The notes beneath the pieces were generated by a model. It did no database searches. It was given only the letters and a program-made list of their open reading frames with translations, and had not been told where the DNA came from. From Candidatus Moanibacter sp. (GTDB lineage: Bacteria; Verrucomicrobiota; Verrucomicrobiia; Opitutales; UBA2987), in contig CBDCEW010000065.1 in assembly GCA_965215885.1 (NCBI GenBank), forward strand, positions 1 through 18,822: a stretch of DNA of 18,822 nt, in the 5' to 3' direction. Position numbers and translations under genes: made by a program. Below are positions 15,954 through 18,822 of this stretch, in pieces (the stretch's first letter is position 1; every line of letters begins with the position of its first letter).

Positions 15954-16556
15954 TTAGTAGGTTTCTGGTAATTCGCCGCGCGCTCGACGGGCGTAGCAAC
16001 TTTGTTCGACACCTTCCGGTTTCGAATTGTCGGAAGGTCTCAACGTAGACAAATTCGGTAACTCATCCGGAAATCCCATTAGGCGCCGATAGAGTTCAGG
16101 TTTGTACTCACGGGATAGAGCGATGATGCCGATCCACAATCGACGAAACTCACAGTACTCGGGATCGTCTAGCCCTAACTTCCGAATAAGCCTTCGGGTT
16201 TCAGTTTCTGTTGCATGTACGGAGCCGTCTTCGTACACAAAGACGCGACCTTGAAGCATGCTTTCACATGGGTTTGGAACAACCTGGTCGCCCTTGGCTG
16301 AATTGCAGGTCACGCAAGCATAGAGAAGGTTTTCGTAATCGAGTGCTTTTTTGGGGAAATGGGCCTGAGGAAGAAAGTGATCGAGGGCGTAAAGGCCTTT
16401 AGAGATGATCCATTGCGCTCGCCTTAGGCAATAGACACATCGGAACAGAAACTCATCACGCAGCCATTGGCGAAAGCTTTCGTAAGTGACGTATCCAGTC
16501 GGACCGTGTCGGCGAACGTGCGGAGATTCAGGATAGGAAAACGGCACTATTTTCAT
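15954..16556 (-). CDS. HNH endonuclease
   Basis: 'RCVYC...DHFLP...DYENLLYACVTCNSAKG': intact CxxC, DH, N and CxxCNxxK motifs; ATGA overlap with the upstream gene. Confidence 0.92.
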   Translation of the reverse strand: MKIVPFSYPESPHVRRHGPTGYVTYESFRQWLRDEFLFRCVYCLRRAQWIISKGLYALDHFLPQAHFPKKALDYENLLYACVTCNSAKGDQVVPNPCESMLQGRVFVYEDGSVHATETETRRLIRKLGLDDPEYCEFRRLWIGIIALSREYKPELYRRLMGFPDELPNLSTLRPSDNSKPEGVEQSCYARRARGELPETY

Positions 16557-17203
16557 TCGGAATGGCCTGGGACGTCACTTAGTAACTCCTGATGCATTCT
16601 TCGGAGGTCTCTAAGTGGAAGTGGAGCTACTTTGCGACGATACGCGAGCATTTCAGATTGAAGATTATCAAGCTCGATTCGCTCTTCTGCAGAAAGCGTC
16701 CCTTCAATTTCCATGTCAACGAGTTCGCATCGTCTCCGATTCTTCTCGTCCGTCCATTCCGTTTCTTCGAACGACTTAGATCCCTCCAAGTGCTGCGCTC
16801 CATGTAAACTCGCCTGAAGAAAACTAAAGAGAGTTGACGTTTCAGTTGTGGCACGCGTGTTGATAACCAAGAGAATATCCGTCCAGGATTGAAGGTAATC
16901 GCGAAACAAGCGAACCCGACGGCCAAGCTCATTGGAGTCCATGACAACCTCACGCCCCCTCGAAGGCCAAACGTAGTGAACCCACACGTTTCGAAGGGTT
17001 TGAAGTGCCTCAAGATGATCTTCGTCAGGATCAGTCGCCGCAAAATACTGAGTCGGCTCGTTGCGAGATTTCCCCCAGACGGGGTTTCTCTCGGCATACA
17101 CTTTCCACAGTTCTGAGCTTAGACGATCTGCCTGTGCGCGAGCATCTTCGTGGACCGTAACGCCGTGACGAGTAATAACTTGCGCATCAAGAACTGCTGG
17201 CAT
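16553..17203 (-). CDS. Hypothetical protein with charged helical C-terminal domain (putative partner of the HNH nuclease)
   Basis: 216-aa ORF coupled at both ends (TAATAAATG upstream, ATGA downstream); C-terminus 'EWTDEKNRRRCELVD...LSAEERIELDNLQ...RRKVAPLPL'. Confidence 0.75.
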   Translation of the reverse strand: MPAVLDAQVITRHGVTVHEDARAQADRLSSELWKVYAERNPVWGKSRNEPTQYFAATDPDEDHLEALQTLRNVWVHYVWPSRGREVVMDSNELGRRVRLFRDYLQSWTDILLVINTRATTETSTLFSFLQASLHGAQHLEGSKSFEETEWTDEKNRRRCELVDMEIEGTLSAEERIELDNLQSEMLAYRRKVAPLPLRDLRRMHQELLSDVPGHSE

Positions 17204-17206
17204 TTA

Positions 17207-17866
17207 TTACTCCGTCTCTTTAACGATATCGTTTAGCAGCGACTGGTAGATCGCCCAGTCGTTAATTGCCTTTTGCAAAAACTCGGGAATTTCCTCAATG
17301 GCAGGATGGTTCGAACAGTTGCGACTGAAGTTTGCATTTGAGAGGATAACTTGCTGTTTGTCTTCGTAATCTGGAAGTTTTGCTTCGCCACTGTCAATCG
17401 AAAGTCTGAGCTTTCCGGAGTCAAGTGGGTAGACAAGCCGGATTCCCGCCGCTTCAAGGATTCTTTCTGAATTGTTCCAAGGCCCCGCCTTGAGGAACGC
17501 TTCTTTAATAGCAGTATCCGGCGACTCATGTTCAATCAAACTTTGAAAATTGTTGCCCACTGCTTTGTAGCGGACGTGTCGAAGCGTCTTCACATATGCC
17601 GAGGCAATCTCGGTTACCTTACTCTTTTCCGGCCCTTCTTTGACGTAGGAGTCGGTAACCTGGACTTTCCCTTGTTCAACAGTGATGGTCACTTCGTTCT
17701 CAAAACGAATCATCGCTAGAAGAGGCGTTGTCAACGTGTCGATGACTTTCCAGTCCCAGGATTTAGGCACAATACCCTCCGCCACAAGGAAATCGGGGTT
17801 GAGGATTGTTGGGTTGTGGGCCTCTCCGGCCACCACAGCCGAGAACTGTAACAGCCTCACTTTCAT
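17207..17866 (-). CDS. TIGR04255-like hypothetical protein
   Basis: SD GGAGAG upstream; N-terminal 'VVAGEAHNPTILNPDFL', central 'LRHVRYKAVGNNF', C-terminal 'NANF' strand then helix, as recalled for TIGR04255-related proteins. Confidence 0.65.
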   Translation of the reverse strand: MKVRLLQFSAVVAGEAHNPTILNPDFLVAEGIVPKSWDWKVIDTLTTPLLAMIRFENEVTITVEQGKVQVTDSYVKEGPEKSKVTEIASAYVKTLRHVRYKAVGNNFQSLIEHESPDTAIKEAFLKAGPWNNSERILEAAGIRLVYPLDSGKLRLSIDSGEAKLPDYEDKQQVILSNANFSRNCSNHPAIEEIPEFLQKAINDWAIYQSLLNDIVKETE

Positions 17867-18162
17867 ACATGACTCTCCATGGTCATGTGCCAGTGAACGA
17901 AGACGGGTAAGCTCCTGTATTTTCGATAGACGGAAAATCCATAGATTCTCATTACTATAGGTCGGTAAATTGCTGCCACAAGCACGTTTTCATCAGCTTC
18001 GGATCTCAGAGGTGAAGTGCGGCGGACGTATGGTGTGAGAGGCACGCAGTGTGCGGCTTTTCCTGAGCTTATCGAAAGGAATGCAGGCTATTTGCTTGGC
18101 CCCCCAGCTGTTTACTTTCACCTCCGCCGACTCTTGTAGACTTCAAATCGGCATGTTTCAAT

Positions 18163-18822
18163 CTAGCCCAGATAGGCCTCCCAAAGAGCCTTGTAATACC
18201 TCAGGATCCGTTCGGGATCATCGCTGTCCGGTATCTCAGCAAGGGTGTAGCCAGTGTAGTTCTCCGCTTTGAGGAGGGCAAACAGCTCCCGCCATGGATA
18301 CAGGTTGTGCAGTTCCGTGATGTGGACGAGTCCGATCTTATGTTTGAGGAGGTCGAAAGGCTCCTTTACCGAACCGTTGATCGGTTCGCCCGGATTGGAA
18401 TTCCAGCACACGTAAGCGTTGGGGTGATCCGCATGATCCATGATCGTTCGCATATGCTTCGGTTCATTGGTTCCGCGACCGTGCACCTCAACCCGAACGG
18501 CGACGCCGAGATCGGCCGCGGCTTGGGCGCACTCCCTGACCGCGAGCCCGATCTGCTCGAGCGTCTTCTCGATGGGAATGCCCTTGTCCTCTTGAAAACC
18601 GTTGGGGCGCACTTTGACTCCCGAGCATCCCAGGTCGGCCGCGAGCTTGGCGTATTCGATCGTCCCGTCGATGTTTTCCCGCACAACCTCCGGCTCGGCG
18701 GCGTGATACTCAAAGGCGCTGCCCAGGCCCGCGATTTCCACACCCGCATCGGCGAATCTCTGCTTGATATCGGATCGCTCCTCTTGAGAGAGACTCACCT
18801 CGACTCCGTGGGCGTGGGTCGT
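18163..18822 (-). CDS. Sugar phosphate isomerase/epimerase (AP endonuclease 2 TIM barrel), 5' end outside the window
   Basis: Frame is open to the window edge ('TTHAHGVEVSLS...'); motifs 'GVKVRPN', 'RVEVHG', 'CWNSN', 'VHITEL', 'YTGYTLAEI'. Confidence 0.88.
   Translation of the reverse strand, partial: TTHAHGVEVSLSQEERSDIKQRFADAGVEIAGLGSAFEYHAAEPEVVRENIDGTIEYAKLAADLGCSGVKVRPNGFQEDKGIPIEKTLEQIGLAVRECAQAAADLGVAVRVEVHGRGTNEPKHMRTIMDHADHPNAYVCWNSNPGEPINGSVKEPFDLLKHKIGLVHITELHNLYPWRELFALLKAENYTGYTLAEIPDSDDPERILRYYKALWEAYLG

Noticed and set aside
17867..18162. Promoter or small ORF upstream of the three-gene operon
   Set aside because: A TATAGT -10-like hexamer exists (17954-17959, minus strand) but the -35 match and spacing are weak, and the 60-aa ORF has no supporting features.

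Overview
Bacterial DNA from an organism rich in sulfatase, dioxygenase and glycan-catabolism genes (a PVC/FCB-like gene style; taxonomy cannot be fixed from this window). Left part (+ strand): a PhyH-family dioxygenase, a GH10-like (GHL10) TIM-barrel protein, an enolase-superfamily N-terminal remnant and a frameshifted SDR. Middle (about 4.3-9.6 kb): a heavily rearranged zone with two unrelated IS4-family elements, each inserted into a palindromic repeat, a PATE-like mini element, a DUF2283-type toxin-antitoxin pair whose toxin has a nonsense codon, and scrambled pieces of an M20 peptidase gene. Right part (- strand): a catabolic cluster (Zn-ribbon/alpha-barrel protein, PcRGLX/PL26-like 896-aa protein, ARSK-like sulfatase), a small membrane protein, a more AT-rich, translationally coupled three-gene operon (TIGR04255-like protein, helical protein, HNH nuclease) that is the best candidate for an undescribed defence or toxin system, and a truncated sugar-phosphate isomerase/epimerase gene. 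Several GTAG-type REP doublets and other hairpin repeats fill the intergenic spaces. Family assignments are from recalled motifs, not database searches.
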